The notes below the pieces were generated by a model. It saw nothing but the letters and a program-made list of their open reading frames with translations. It was not told the origin of the DNA and did not search any database. A program made the position numbers and the translations under genes. A stretch of 64,000 nt of DNA, from IMG/VR virus record IMGVR_UViG_3300035686_000004, positions 1-64,000 of that record. One strand, 5' to 3'. Source of the DNA: a virus. The number at the start of each line of letters is the position of its first letter. Within the stretch, counting starts at the first letter, position 1. Positions 52,301-60,454 of the stretch are shown in pieces.

Positions 52301-55300
52301 ACTTTAAGACGTCTACCTGTTTCCGAGAAATCTGATTTTTTGCCCATAATTCATCTATTGATTCAATCTCTGCATTGGCGGCCTCTAGCAAAGAATCCAC
52401 CAGTTCCTTTTGATTACGGACTCTAACGTCAATTTGCTCTTTTTCTTTGCTGTAAATGTCTCGTTGATAGCTTGGCAAAAACGGATCAGCGGTTAACGCA
52501 CTAAGTTGTCGCGATCGCGCTGCATCGTCAGGTTTGACCTGAGAATTATTGAGGGTAACATTAACTCGATTATTGAATTCTTGAATATCTTTTAAGTTAG
52601 AGCGCGATCGAATTATTGATTGTAGGTTATTGTAATTACCCAAAATTGATGCGATCGGATTAAATGTATCAAGTGCTTTTTGCTGGGCATTGCGGTTCAG
52701 GAATTTATCTAAATCATTGAAGGTCTTGGGTATACCTTTGCCAACCCCGTTGGCGGCATCCTCTAAACGCTTGAATTGCTTGATGTTTTTCTCGATTGCT
52801 GAATCTAAATTTTGAGAGCCTTGGAATGATTGCCAAGTATCTGATACTACCTTGAGGGCTACTGCCAAGGCAGCTGTTTGTAGGGAGAACTTAGCGATCG
52901 CGGCAGCTGCAACATTAAATCCACCAGCAAGCGCAGGCAATGCAACTTGGGCAATCTTAAGAATCAATCCAAGGACAACTGGAAGCTGCTGTAACGCTAA
53001 TGCGCCAAGAATTAAAGCGATTTTGTCAGCGTTGGCAATGACTGCTTCTAGTGCGACATTCAATCCTTTCAGCCCAGTATTAACTAGAGGCATTACCGCA
53101 CTCCCTAGCATCCGCTCTAACTGAATTCTTGTATTGCTTAACCTATTCTCTAGTGCCTGCGTTGAGTTTGTAGCTTCATCTACTCCAGACGCAAACTCAA
53201 CGCGCAGTTGACGCGCAAACTTCAAGACAGACTCAGCACCAGAATACTGACCCGTTACCAGGTTTTTCCTAAACGTTTCTGGTGATTCACCATATGCTCT
53301 AGCAAAAATATTCGCCGCGCCCGGAAATGCCTCACCGATTTGTTGATTGACTTCCTCACTAGATAATACAGGTTTACCAGCTGCCTGAACTACACCATAA
53401 ACAAATCGACGTCGCCTCTCTGGCGTTAACTGCCTGACCAGTGCCGCCTCATTAAGTGCCGTAAAAATTTCACGGGTATTGCCTTGTAGCTTTGTCCCTT
53501 GCAATGCTGAGGATAAGTCATTAAAGCTTTCTGTCGCATCTTGTAATGGTGCGTTGAGTCGTTCTACTTCGCTTCTGATATATGCAATGTTTTTTGCGCC
53601 CTCACTTTCAGATCCGGCACTATACCTAATTGAGCGCTCTAAGCTATCGAAAGCTTTTGCTGTTTGGTAAGCTTGATTTGCAATGTTGCCTAGAACTGGA
53701 ATGAGTTGCAATGCAAGTAATGCAACGCCTACTCCTCGTATTCCACTAGACAGCGATCGCAGCAAGGGATTAGCTTTTATTAATTCATTGATCGCTTCTC
53801 TAACTTGCATTACCTTATCAATTGCCCCTTGACTAGGCTTAGTAATCAATTCTCTTGCCCAGTCAAGCCCCTGTTGTCCCTTCTGAATGCCTTGGTTAAA
53901 TCCCTCTACGACAAACTCGCCAATGCGTTGAAACACTCGCGATGGACTTTGTATATCTAGTGTGTCTTTCGCCTGGTTAATTGCTGATTTAGCTAATTCT
54001 TCAGCAGCGGCTTCAACTTGCTGAATTGATTGACTCATTCCCTCGCTTAAGCCTTGTCCAATATTAGACCCAATTCCTTGAGATTGGATGAGGGATTCAG
54101 CAGTGGATGAGGCAACCGTTATCCTAATCCTGGCTGACTTAGCGATCGCTTTCAGCTCTTGCGAAGCATTGCCGCCTAGCGACTTCATCAAGTCATCAAT
54201 TGCTTTCTTTGCTTCCTTAGCCCCTGTCAACACTTCATTGGCTAATTTCTGAGACTCGATTGGATCAAGTGTTGAAAGTTTTCTGGCTGACTTGATTTTT
54301 TCAGTAAATTGTAATCCTAAACTCTTGACACTAGCGCCAGGATCTATTGCTTGAGTTAACGGTTTATTAATTTGCTTGATAGATTCTTCTGTACGTTTTT
54401 GAATTTTAACTACTTGTGATTTTAGGTTGGCTAATTGATTGCCTAGCTCAGAACTGAGACGTTCATTGACTGGGAGAGAGGCGATTGCCTGTTCTATTTC
54501 TTGAGATAATCCAGGTAGTAAGTCTTTGACTACATCGGCGTAGGCAGCTGAAATGTTAGGTACTCCCCTGGATAAATCACTAGCCGTTAAAGAGCTTTGT
54601 GCTAACGCCTCAGTCCGTTGCTTTATTTGATCAATCAGGGATGCATCAGGGCGCGATATTTCTTGTATTAACGGTTGACCAATTGCCCCAATAACTTGAT
54701 TGATTAATATATCTGATTTCTTAATTACTTCCTTGACGTTGCGCTGCAAAGCTTCATCTGTCGCGTTTTGGGCTGTTGATTTTAAGGAAGTTTGATTAAC
54801 AGGTAAAATAGCCGTTAATTCAGTTTGTGGGGACTGAATATTAGCAGGTAAATTAACAGGAGCAAAAGTCTTTTCAGTTGTCTTAATTAGCTTGTCTAAC
54901 TGCTCTAATGGCTCTCCGTTAATGAATGAATTAATAGATTGCTTGAGCGTCTCTAGATAATCTAAATAGCTATCGACGTCTTGTTGAGTGACATTAGTTA
55001 ACTGTGCAGCGTCAACCTTGATTTGCTTGATTAACTCATCAATATCTCTACGGGAGTCTATTAATTCACGAGTCGATGCTGACTGATTTTGCAATAAAGA
55101 AATTGCTCCCCTGGGAACTTCAGGGTATCTGTACAAATTGGTTGTGTTTTGCTTTCTAAGTGCCTCAGCCTCAGCGATCGCTCGTGCCTCTTGCGCTTGC
55201 TTTTGCGCTCTCGCCGCACGCTCTCGATCTATGTTTGCGTTGAGAGTAGGCGTCAGTTGCTGTTGCAATGCCTGAACAGGCTCATAATATTGAGCGCCTA

Positions 55301-57587
55301 AGTCTAATGCAGACTTAATTTTTTCAGATGATACTTCACCCTGAGCAATAGTGTCTTTGATTGCAGCTTCGATACTGCTTAAAAACTGAAGATAATTCTC
55401 CAAATCTTCTTTCATCACCCCCCGAAGTTCACCTGTATTTTGTCTAAAATCCTCACTCAGCTTCTCAACATTACGCAAACTCCGCTTTAGGTCACTCGTG
55501 CTAATTTCTTCCCCCGTTAGTGACTGAATTGCTTTAATGGGGATGTCTGCTTTTAGACCGCGATCGCGAATGAACTTGTAGGTTTCGGGGTCTTTAAATT
55601 CCTTGGCTATTTCATCCGGCAATGCTCCCGTTAAACGCTGTTGCATTTCCTTCTGAATCCTAGGGTTAGACAAATACATCGGCAATGCATGAGACTTACC
55701 CGCGCCCGGTATAAGCGTCATGGGCGTTAACGCAGGATTGAAAATGCCTTGTAATAACGTCTTACGCGCCTCTGCTTCAACTCCTTTTTCTACCAATAGC
55801 TTGATATCAGCAGCATCTAACTTGTTAGCTTCAAACATCTGGGTATAAACATAATCCTTCTTACCCATGAGTGAGGTGTAATTGGCTTGCTGATTCCCTA
55901 CGTTGCCAGCATAAACAAGCCCTGTCATGGGCGTGCCTAAGCCCACTGCATTAACTGTTACTCCAGCCTTAGCGGTAATCTCGGCAACCCCCGCCGCAAC
56001 CTCCCCGCCAGCTGAGTGCCCAACTACATTAATTTTCTTCCCAGGGTATGCTTTTTGATAAGCGATCGCATAAGCTGCGGCGGTCAAGGCATCCGGGTTG
56101 TAACCCTTGACAGCACCTGTATATGCCATCTGTTCTAGCCCAAGCAATGAACCCGACTTATCTTTCTCGTAAATTGCCTGAGCAAACGTGGTTTTTCCAG
56201 TCAAATGCTTGCTTAAATTCCCGATGTCAATATTGCGATTAGTGAGGAATTTGTTAAGGTTCCCCATCAACCCTTTATCAGCCTTCTTGAGTTCGTCTAA
56301 AAAGTCATCTAGGCCCGCCAATCCTGAGTCCGTGTAAGGATTGGCGACGGGCACAACATGCGTTTTTTTGCCCATCAATGCCTGAAATTCAGGGGCAATT
56401 ACCGCCGATCCAGCTCCTTGAACATTATTTTTGCCCGCGATCGCGATCGTAATTGTCGGCGCATCTCCTACTTTACTTGCTGGTGCAACCTCAATATTCT
56501 GTGCAAGCTTTTCAGCTTGCATTGCCAGATCTTGGGCTTTGACACTTCGCCTTATTTTGAATGGATATGCCCCAACTTTTAAGCCCGCACCTACATACGG
56601 TCTAATGGCTTCATTTTGAGCCAACTCACTAGCCGCTTTTGCGACATTCTGAGCCTCTCGCTTTGCCGCTTCCTTGGCTTTTCTTACATCTTTAAAGACA
56701 AAAATATTTTCTAGTAATTCTACTAATAACGCCTCTGCTTTTTTGGCGGCTTTTTCGATTGGTTCGGGGTCTGTTGCTTTATCAAATGCCTTGGCAAAGG
56801 CGATCGCGTCATTCTTAATCTGCTCAGTTGTTAACCCAAGTGTTCCTAGGCTTGCCTGAGTAATTCGCTGTACCTTGGTGGACGAATAATCCTCTATCTT
56901 TTCCCCAACTTTAATAAACGAAGTATTTAGCTTTCGCTCTAAATTTTTAGTAATTCCAATGCCTATTTTTTCCCCTAACGGAAACCCTATAGAAGTAAAA
57001 ACGCCAGACACAACTTCCTTTATGGGAGCTGTTATTGTGCTAGCTACTCCACTCAGTAATCCGCGATCGCTCGTTTTTTTACTATTAGCTTTCTCGATCG
57101 AATTTTTTAATACTACTGCTGAATCTTTAAACGCTTCTTTAATCCCAGATTCAAGCGCTACATTTAATTTTTGTGTTTCACTTTTATCTACAGTAGCCTT
57201 AACTTTAACTGATGCCTCTAACTTGCTAGATAACTCATTTATCTGCGATCGCAGCGCAGCTTCATCTATTTTTTGTACAACAGCTTTTACCTTAATTGGA
57301 TTAGATGCCATCCAATTATTGATATCAGTAACTGTTGCTTTTAACTTAATTAACTCAGCGATATCGGTATATACTTTTATGGGATTTCTTTTAAAATGTG
57401 CGTTAACTCGTGCAACATGAACCACTTTTTCATCAATGTGCTCATTTAGCTTATATAAAGCCGTATGATCAACAGTCGGCACAACATGGATGATCGGGAG
57501 TTTTACCCTCTTTATCTGCTCTAATCCCGCATAAAATCCAGAGAGATCTAAGCCTGTCCCAATTCCAATAGACGCAATGTAATCCAT
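46356..57587 (-). CDS. tape measure protein, 3743 aa, with alpha/beta-hydrolase-like, peptidase M23 and lambda-type lysozyme (GH104-like) domains
   Basis: A giant ORF immediately downstream of the chaperone-like genes. Long Q/L/A-rich helical stretches. NVVGHSAGGEV (GxSxG) at nt about 56010..56030. RRRHAGQDFD ... GVIHYEIR (M23) at about 49740..50070. TIGRAEGATYDMLYGG ... SSAAGKYQFMDYTW (lambda R-like) at about 49010..49430. Gly-rich C-terminus. Confidence 0.9.
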   Translation of the reverse strand: MDYIASIGIGTGLDLSGFYAGLEQIKRVKLPIIHVVPTVDHTALYKLNEHIDEKVVHVARVNAHFKRNPIKVYTDIAELIKLKATVTDINNWMASNPIKVKAVVQKIDEAALRSQINELSSKLEASVKVKATVDKSETQKLNVALESGIKEAFKDSAVVLKNSIEKANSKKTSDRGLLSGVASTITAPIKEVVSGVFTSIGFPLGEKIGIGITKNLERKLNTSFIKVGEKIEDYSSTKVQRITQASLGTLGLTTEQIKNDAIAFAKAFDKATDPEPIEKAAKKAEALLVELLENIFVFKDVRKAKEAAKREAQNVAKAASELAQNEAIRPYVGAGLKVGAYPFKIRRSVKAQDLAMQAEKLAQNIEVAPASKVGDAPTITIAIAGKNNVQGAGSAVIAPEFQALMGKKTHVVPVANPYTDSGLAGLDDFLDELKKADKGLMGNLNKFLTNRNIDIGNLSKHLTGKTTFAQAIYEKDKSGSLLGLEQMAYTGAVKGYNPDALTAAAYAIAYQKAYPGKKINVVGHSAGGEVAAGVAEITAKAGVTVNAVGLGTPMTGLVYAGNVGNQQANYTSLMGKKDYVYTQMFEANKLDAADIKLLVEKGVEAEARKTLLQGIFNPALTPMTLIPGAGKSHALPMYLSNPRIQKEMQQRLTGALPDEIAKEFKDPETYKFIRDRGLKADIPIKAIQSLTGEEISTSDLKRSLRNVEKLSEDFRQNTGELRGVMKEDLENYLQFLSSIEAAIKDTIAQGEVSSEKIKSALDLGAQYYEPVQALQQQLTPTLNANIDRERAARAQKQAQEARAIAEAEALRKQNTTNLYRYPEVPRGAISLLQNQSASTRELIDSRRDIDELIKQIKVDAAQLTNVTQQDVDSYLDYLETLKQSINSFINGEPLEQLDKLIKTTEKTFAPVNLPANIQSPQTELTAILPVNQTSLKSTAQNATDEALQRNVKEVIKKSDILINQVIGAIGQPLIQEISRPDASLIDQIKQRTEALAQSSLTASDLSRGVPNISAAYADVVKDLLPGLSQEIEQAIASLPVNERLSSELGNQLANLKSQVVKIQKRTEESIKQINKPLTQAIDPGASVKSLGLQFTEKIKSARKLSTLDPIESQKLANEVLTGAKEAKKAIDDLMKSLGGNASQELKAIAKSARIRITVASSTAESLIQSQGIGSNIGQGLSEGMSQSIQQVEAAAEELAKSAINQAKDTLDIQSPSRVFQRIGEFVVEGFNQGIQKGQQGLDWARELITKPSQGAIDKVMQVREAINELIKANPLLRSLSSGIRGVGVALLALQLIPVLGNIANQAYQTAKAFDSLERSIRYSAGSESEGAKNIAYIRSEVERLNAPLQDATESFNDLSSALQGTKLQGNTREIFTALNEAALVRQLTPERRRRFVYGVVQAAGKPVLSSEEVNQQIGEAFPGAANIFARAYGESPETFRKNLVTGQYSGAESVLKFARQLRVEFASGVDEATNSTQALENRLSNTRIQLERMLGSAVMPLVNTGLKGLNVALEAVIANADKIALILGALALQQLPVVLGLILKIAQVALPALAGGFNVAAAAIAKFSLQTAALAVALKVVSDTWQSFQGSQNLDSAIEKNIKQFKRLEDAANGVGKGIPKTFNDLDKFLNRNAQQKALDTFNPIASILGNYNNLQSIIRSRSNLKDIQEFNNRVNVTLNNSQVKPDDAARSRQLSALTADPFLPSYQRDIYSKEKEQIDVRVRNQKELVDSLLEAANAEIESIDELWAKNQISRKQVDVLKSNIRQSIPALEAAQKELENFTSGQISLVKLIRDQLTKTVTAYADANTAITGNTARYQTGLSIAQRNGLTPGQAQYGQQLLQQRSLEAQVNNATQALGKLSQYVNTPDNVQLMFQRGINPETIGTEELNRLSGLATGAEEKLLYERLTKMREIEGQLGQLEVQLSQSQADAAQQLYELGKSVDEYLRGISRQTQELQLTIEASESQLAIAAEKNRLISKLQGFQSNFFSGFVDSLISGLDSIQSAQQAEIQKRQQLYQNQIQASDLLRQGTELTRQLPDGLPSNLVPDSISTTPISRIPIRLDIDAVNADATVKQLKAGLESAGVTTKNLNGAIANVNTSLQQTQLPHPDPNPWNQAIDFLKAKWNEFVEFVKQRFPGLSAAISKPFENGQLSFGSFSASIAGGIPGLIALFAGLIGTSKQFEDALKTGWQAFLNVVEQSKNFLLNIFTNPRTAWNDAIASLQASWQSFVTYVDQSIPAIRNINTEFKRINEVLRESIAAQIEIIKKQFESIPGIQSIRAELSRMNQDLGQTIASYLQIIEKQLQSIPGIQSIRAELARMNEALNQAIAAHIQIIEKQFGINDLTGKIKASTKEFATIVGVNLLKAFNPILGIVTEIGLKLSKYPNLVDAAKKQVASLGNEFNKLGSSVTSLGETLVGSFGKSIDAIKQKSKEAIASIKGDSANFEQYVQEGLLSADRGSAATPQKPKQRSATSSTSLILDSGGKKGSGNIVRGDGRVTINYRTNLIPGQDYGAPRSGGRRRHAGQDFDITGRQDAQSFLGGVVTNIGYDGSWKGYGHYVDIYNKALNVVERIAEASRLLVKKGDVVQPGQAVGRGESYTGVIHYEIRTKHTNGVGGLGFPGTTDPVKYLEKLGLIREEGTRLRVIGGLAPYEQQLKGQMRPTAVSTTTKRASSRTEDQGTISGGANAIGAAIANSLRSNGTAPTNRAIPRGLTAKGQRYAQLLNDPEIRALLDTIGRAEGATYDMLYGGSKLSNLSRHPDRVVRRPGWIPSSAAGKYQFMDYTWYGRRKQRPGPGVRDITGVPDFSPTSQDIAALALLDEAGILGRAEKGDINGMWRRLGQIWASFEGNPYGQGTPQGRRRSAIPYFQNRLNLYRQGGTGVKRSAVLGISMVNPEVVAEEAAKARQATQIVQPPKAPVAKPTPVPVSVVSTKPVPVVDMGLRQRVVSGQSQVIRNRESQDQLAIQQEQQALQDLQTRGAQEQRNRTEQTRQSLNQLVEQSLGIQREFRNLGSVIGDPTPLREFQQNLTATSDTYSDLRRRLLEFQRQTTAGVEQARATEKELTSPTYQAQPGQDVAKDIETTRRAIAVGSKTLKEVNTIIGQIDDQEKRRQAFEKERFAREEKLRRLAARDMITQEAIALKQEQLRRAQLAQQRNPRDFSQGDPIALQAEIELMQRLLPLDQKRRQLQEELRLERIKPQEYNDAIALLNQQEKALTANTEAARAFGQEERQLQFREADFAFLQRRNQASGQLTQAQQQAAELFQQFRPFDLSQGDPALLRYQQTVLQVEQERQQAILEQQRFQLTNQNRSQEDLNAILATINQAADQRLENARIELQQTQTRFTQDRLDFELRRKQQNQQADLATLQARTGLLSSVGIEVDSLSRQAQEFNASMQYDSAIRELEKARALTNLSAEDYERQRQSLEQILSLQRQQAAIAQQQARFNRNAEMLNLRADVLAGNGADFSATFIKRNVAIAQQNMTFKNQMEQLNQLKGQIPNDEFERMRDYLIQINQLKLDQIRQQFADLSREVELAGRDATKNFFKGFLIEGKGVFESLKDAFNQMKDQIIGRLIDIGVESIFKGKNTGQDTGGGLLGSIVGSVIGGGGNPLGLLTGILGFSEGGVVPGTDKGKDSVPAMLRPGEFVVSRDGVTNMGTAFLDSLNSGGAMPSYQQREYSSGEPVESSRSISIQYEKIGDREYVTREQFEQGIQYAAQEGARGGAKITSNWMRNSPNERRRHGL
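50142..50155. repeat. PAL14 perfect, inside the tape measure gene
   Basis: Read as SLILD, just upstream of the M23 domain. Confidence 0.95.
50600..50910. repeat. three tandem 105-nt (35-aa) repeats inside the tape measure gene
   Basis: Protein units IPAIRNINTEFKRINEVLRESIAAQIEIIKKQFES / IPGIQSIRAELSRMNQDLGQTIASYLQIIEKQLQS / IPGIQSIRAELARMNEALNQAIAAHIQIIEKQFG. The two best DNA units start at 50622 and 50727. Confidence 0.7.
52289..52302. repeat. PAL14 perfect, inside the tape measure gene
   Basis: Read as KSNIRQ. Confidence 0.95.
54056..54069. repeat. PAL14 variant GTCCAATATTAGAC, inside the tape measure gene
   Basis: Read as GSNIGQ. Confidence 0.75.
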
Positions 57588-57608
57588 GGTAATTCTCCAT
57601 AATTACCT

Positions 57609-57622
57609 GTCTAATATTAGAC
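57609..57622. repeat. PAL14 perfect
   Basis: Core of the 22-bp dyad at 57605..57626, 21 nt upstream of the tape measure ATG. Confidence 0.95.
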
Positions 57623-57636
57623 AGGTTGCCTATTTA

Positions 57637-57650
57637 GTCTAATATTAGAC
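57637..57650. repeat. PAL14 perfect (second tandem copy)
   Basis: 28 nt from the previous copy, in the same 72-bp intergenic gap. Confidence 0.95.
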
Positions 57651-57659
57651 AACTTGGAA

Positions 57660-58406
57660 TTAATAATGGACTCCTCGCCTATCCATCATTCGTACCTTTT
57701 GGGCAATGATCGCCAATTCCTCTTCAGTCGGCAAGCTTACTCGCCTTGGTTTATCGTCGGTACTATAACCAGCCTGTTTTTGTAAATTAGAAATTGTTTG
57801 CTTGACGTCATCAGCCTTGCCACCAAATGCCATAGCAGACATATGAAAGTGATCTAATGAATTCCTGGCACGGGTTCGCAATACGTGCTCAGTTAGCAAA
57901 TCAAATTCCCACGATGGTAATTCAAGAGCGATCGCTCTTGAGAGTCCATACATTTTCAATAGAGTGGGCAGTGCCTCATCGAGCACCTCCCTAAAATGCT
58001 TTATCGCTTCAATCGTTGCCTGCCCTTTCTTCAGAGTTTGCCGAGCATCGGACTTACCAGAAGGTTCGTAAAAAACAGGGAGACAACTAATCGTTTCCCG
58101 GATCGAGTTAGTTATCATGGTTAACCAAATCCGCTTACCTCGATCATTGCTGTGCTTCTGATCAATCAAGCTTCTCAGCAAACAAGCATCTTCTTTGCAG
58201 GCAGAGGCGATATAAGCGATCGCTGTATCATAAGAAAAGCCATTATCGGCAAGTTTAGCTTGCGCTAATTGAAGCTTGAGATAATGGCGTTTTGGCAGTG
58301 TCAATGGATGAAACAATTGAAAACAATGGGAGCCCAATATAAAGCTAGCACTGCTTTCGAGTTCATCGAATATTATTTTTTCTAAAAATTCCTCACTAAT
58401 CCTCAT
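57660..58406 (-). CDS. tail assembly chaperone-like protein (by position)
   Basis: 248-aa ORF directly upstream of the tape measure gene. Confidence 0.5.
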   Translation of the reverse strand: MRISEEFLEKIIFDELESSASFILGSHCFQLFHPLTLPKRHYLKLQLAQAKLADNGFSYDTAIAYIASACKEDACLLRSLIDQKHSNDRGKRIWLTMITNSIRETISCLPVFYEPSGKSDARQTLKKGQATIEAIKHFREVLDEALPTLLKMYGLSRAIALELPSWEFDLLTEHVLRTRARNSLDHFHMSAMAFGGKADDVKQTISNLQKQAGYSTDDKPRRVSLPTEEELAIIAQKVRMMDRRGVHY

Positions 58407-58408
58407 TA

Positions 58409-59044
58409 TTAAGTAGCAATTTTATCCTTCTTTTTGTTAGGCAAGCCGTTATTAAGTGTATGTGCCTCAGCAATAGAATCGCTACTAGATGCCAATAGTG
58501 CAATAGATTTCTCAGGTTTTAACGAGGCGATCGCTGTAGTGACTGCATCCTGAGCGCGTTGTATCTCCTGGCGAATCATTAAAGATAACTTTGCGTAGAA
58601 GGTAATCCGCTGAAGATTCACGCGCTTGATTTGCTCGCTTTCATCAATCACCAACTTACTGACTTGTTCTTTAAACACAGCAAGCTTTTGTTCCACTAAT
58701 TCAACTAGTTCACTAGGGGCAACCTCAATATGTGCAGCAATGTAGGCAATGTTAGCGTCTAGCATTTCTCTGTCTTGTTTCAAGACAGTTAAAGCGCTCT
58801 GCTCATAATCTTTATCGGTTACCCGCTCCCCTGCATCCTGTCTTTGATTGAGCTTGATGATTGGCTCGAAGAATGCTTGCAGTTTACTCTGTGATTTAGC
58901 CAGCAATTCTTGAGATGCACTACCTAACACACTTGTGTCGTAGACATCGAACGAGCGATCGCCGATAGTGATGACAGCGATCGGGTCTTGCAATCGCAAA
59001 CAAATTTCAAACAATTCATCGCCATTCAGTACTTTCTTAGTCAT
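58409..59044 (-). CDS. tail assembly chaperone-like protein (by position)
   Basis: 211-aa acidic ORF between the tail-tube-like gene and the second chaperone-like gene. Confidence 0.5.
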   Translation of the reverse strand: MTKKVLNGDELFEICLRLQDPIAVITIGDRSFDVYDTSVLGSASQELLAKSQSKLQAFFEPIIKLNQRQDAGERVTDKDYEQSALTVLKQDREMLDANIAYIAAHIEVAPSELVELVEQKLAVFKEQVSKLVIDESEQIKRVNLQRITFYAKLSLMIRQEIQRAQDAVTTAIASLKPEKSIALLASSSDSIAEAHTLNNGLPNKKKDKIAT

Positions 59045-59612
59045 CGCGTGCTCCTACTCCAAATAACGTGTAATCCCCTCTAATTATCTTAGGCAATGAC
59101 AATTCTGCGGGGGGCGGGAATGCGTCAATCATAATCCCGATTGACGTCTGGTCAGTATTTGAGAAAGTGAACGTCGCATCCTGAGTTGACAGCCCAGCAT
59201 ATGGAGAATACCACCATAAATCAGGATGCCGTGTCGGGCCGTCACAACTTGCCGCTTTTACCAAGATTGGAAATTTATCAACTGGACATCCGGCGCGATC
59301 ATAGAAACCTAACGCTTTGCGCGATTCATCTTCCGGATCAACCCGTAGTTGTGCACCATGATAAACCAAATCAATGATATCAAGGCTATCTCCACCCCAA
59401 ACCCGCGCAAGGCTGAAAGAAAACTGCCAGCGATACCCAGACACAATCTTGTCCGCAGGGGCGGTAGACGATTGCGTCATCTGCTCAGTAAACTCTTCAG
59501 TATCCGTAATAGTTCCCGCGCCCATTTGGTCATCCGGAGTAAGAACGATTTCCCGTTCCGTGCCCCAATGCAAATAAATATACGCGGGCCCGGTAAATAA
59601 ATTTCTTGCCAT
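59037..59612 (-). CDS. major tail (tube) protein (by position)
   Basis: 191-aa ORF preceding the two chaperone-like genes and the tape measure gene. Overlaps the downstream start. Confidence 0.5.
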   Translation of the reverse strand: MARNLFTGPAYIYLHWGTEREIVLTPDDQMGAGTITDTEEFTEQMTQSSTAPADKIVSGYRWQFSFSLARVWGGDSLDIIDLVYHGAQLRVDPEDESRKALGFYDRAGCPVDKFPILVKAASCDGPTRHPDLWWYSPYAGLSTQDATFTFSNTDQTSIGIMIDAFPPPAELSLPKIIRGDYTLFGVGARDD

Positions 59613-59618
59613 TTATTT

Positions 59619-60068
59619 TTATTCCTCTCGATAACAGCTAATACACGTTTGCAAGAAAAACTCAAATACGCACGCACTTACGTAAAGAGCTACCTGATCA
59701 ACAAAACGGACAGGCAACCATTGGCGACGTTGTACATGATCAAGTCGTTGTCCATTCATCCGCAGGCAGCAACATTTCAACTTAACAATTGAATCCACTT
59801 CTTCCATTAATTGCCCCGCGATCGCCTCGTTTTGATGGTAAGTTGCAAATTGCAACGCGGGGGAGGACGCAACTTGTGTAGTCAATTGACGTTGAATTGT
59901 TCGATTATCGATCTCAGTAATAACAACCCGTCCGCCCTTCAGAAGGATGTCATCAAGTGTTCGTGGGTGAGTATTTGTTAGTTCGATAAACTCATCAAGA
60001 TGCGATCGCAGGCAACCCCACAAAACCCGTTTCAATTCAACTGTTGATGGAGGCGTTCTAATCATCAC
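59619..60068 (-). CDS. tail terminator / head-tail joining protein (by position)
   Basis: 149-aa ORF whose start overlaps the upstream stop. Confidence 0.45.
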   Translation of the reverse strand: MMIRTPPSTVELKRVLWGCLRSHLDEFIELTNTHPRTLDDILLKGGRVVITEIDNRTIQRQLTTQVASSPALQFATYHQNEAIAGQLMEEVDSIVKLKCCCLRMNGQRLDHVQRRQWLPVRFVDQVALYVSACVFEFFLQTCISCYREE

Positions 60069-60454
60069 ACATTGCCCTGCTTGCCAACCTTACGCGCCGC
60101 CCTAATGCGCTGCAATTGAATGATTAACTCTCTGCCAATAGAAGGCAGATTTGGGCGAATATATGGGTTTCTGATTTCTACCCAATACGCATAATTCACG
60201 TCTCTCTCAATACCCTGCTCCCTTAATTCACCCGGTAAGCTAACACCACCAGCAACAAAGTCACACTGGACAATATTGCCTGATAAAACAACAGTTTCGG
60301 CTCTCGTTGAGTTGTATAACCGCTTAGTATCTACAGGGGTCAATTCTTGAATTAAAGGGACGGTATTAGCGCAGGCTTTCTGGTAATCTTGCGCTAGTGA
60401 ATTAAGGAATTTGTCTAGCGATCGCCCATCAATAATCACTCCCTGTTTAACCAT
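60065..60454 (-). CDS. HK97 gp10-like head-tail joining protein
   Basis: 129 aa. QELTPVDTKRLYNSTRAE resembles the gp10-family PvDTGrLrnS motif. Confidence 0.6.
   Translation of the reverse strand: MVKQGVIIDGRSLDKFLNSLAQDYQKACANTVPLIQELTPVDTKRLYNSTRAETVVLSGNIVQCDFVAGGVSLPGELREQGIERDVNYAYWVEIRNPYIRPNLPSIGRELIIQLQRIRAARKVGKQGNV

Noticed and set aside
46621-57420. About 20 plus-strand ORFs of 60-173 aa lying inside the tape measure gene (for example 50089..50610 and 56959..57420).
   Set aside because: All are antisense to a single uninterrupted 11.2-kb ORF with recognisable domains. Their products are low-complexity (Ser/Leu/Pro/Ala-rich mirror translations) and have no RBS or promoter signals.
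57660-59044. A programmed -1 frameshift (G/GT-type) between the two chaperone-like genes upstream of the tape measure gene.
   Set aside because: The two ORFs are adjacent (stop at 58409, next start at 58406) with no extended overlapping frame, and I saw no slippery heptamer near the junction. This cannot be excluded without a systematic scan.
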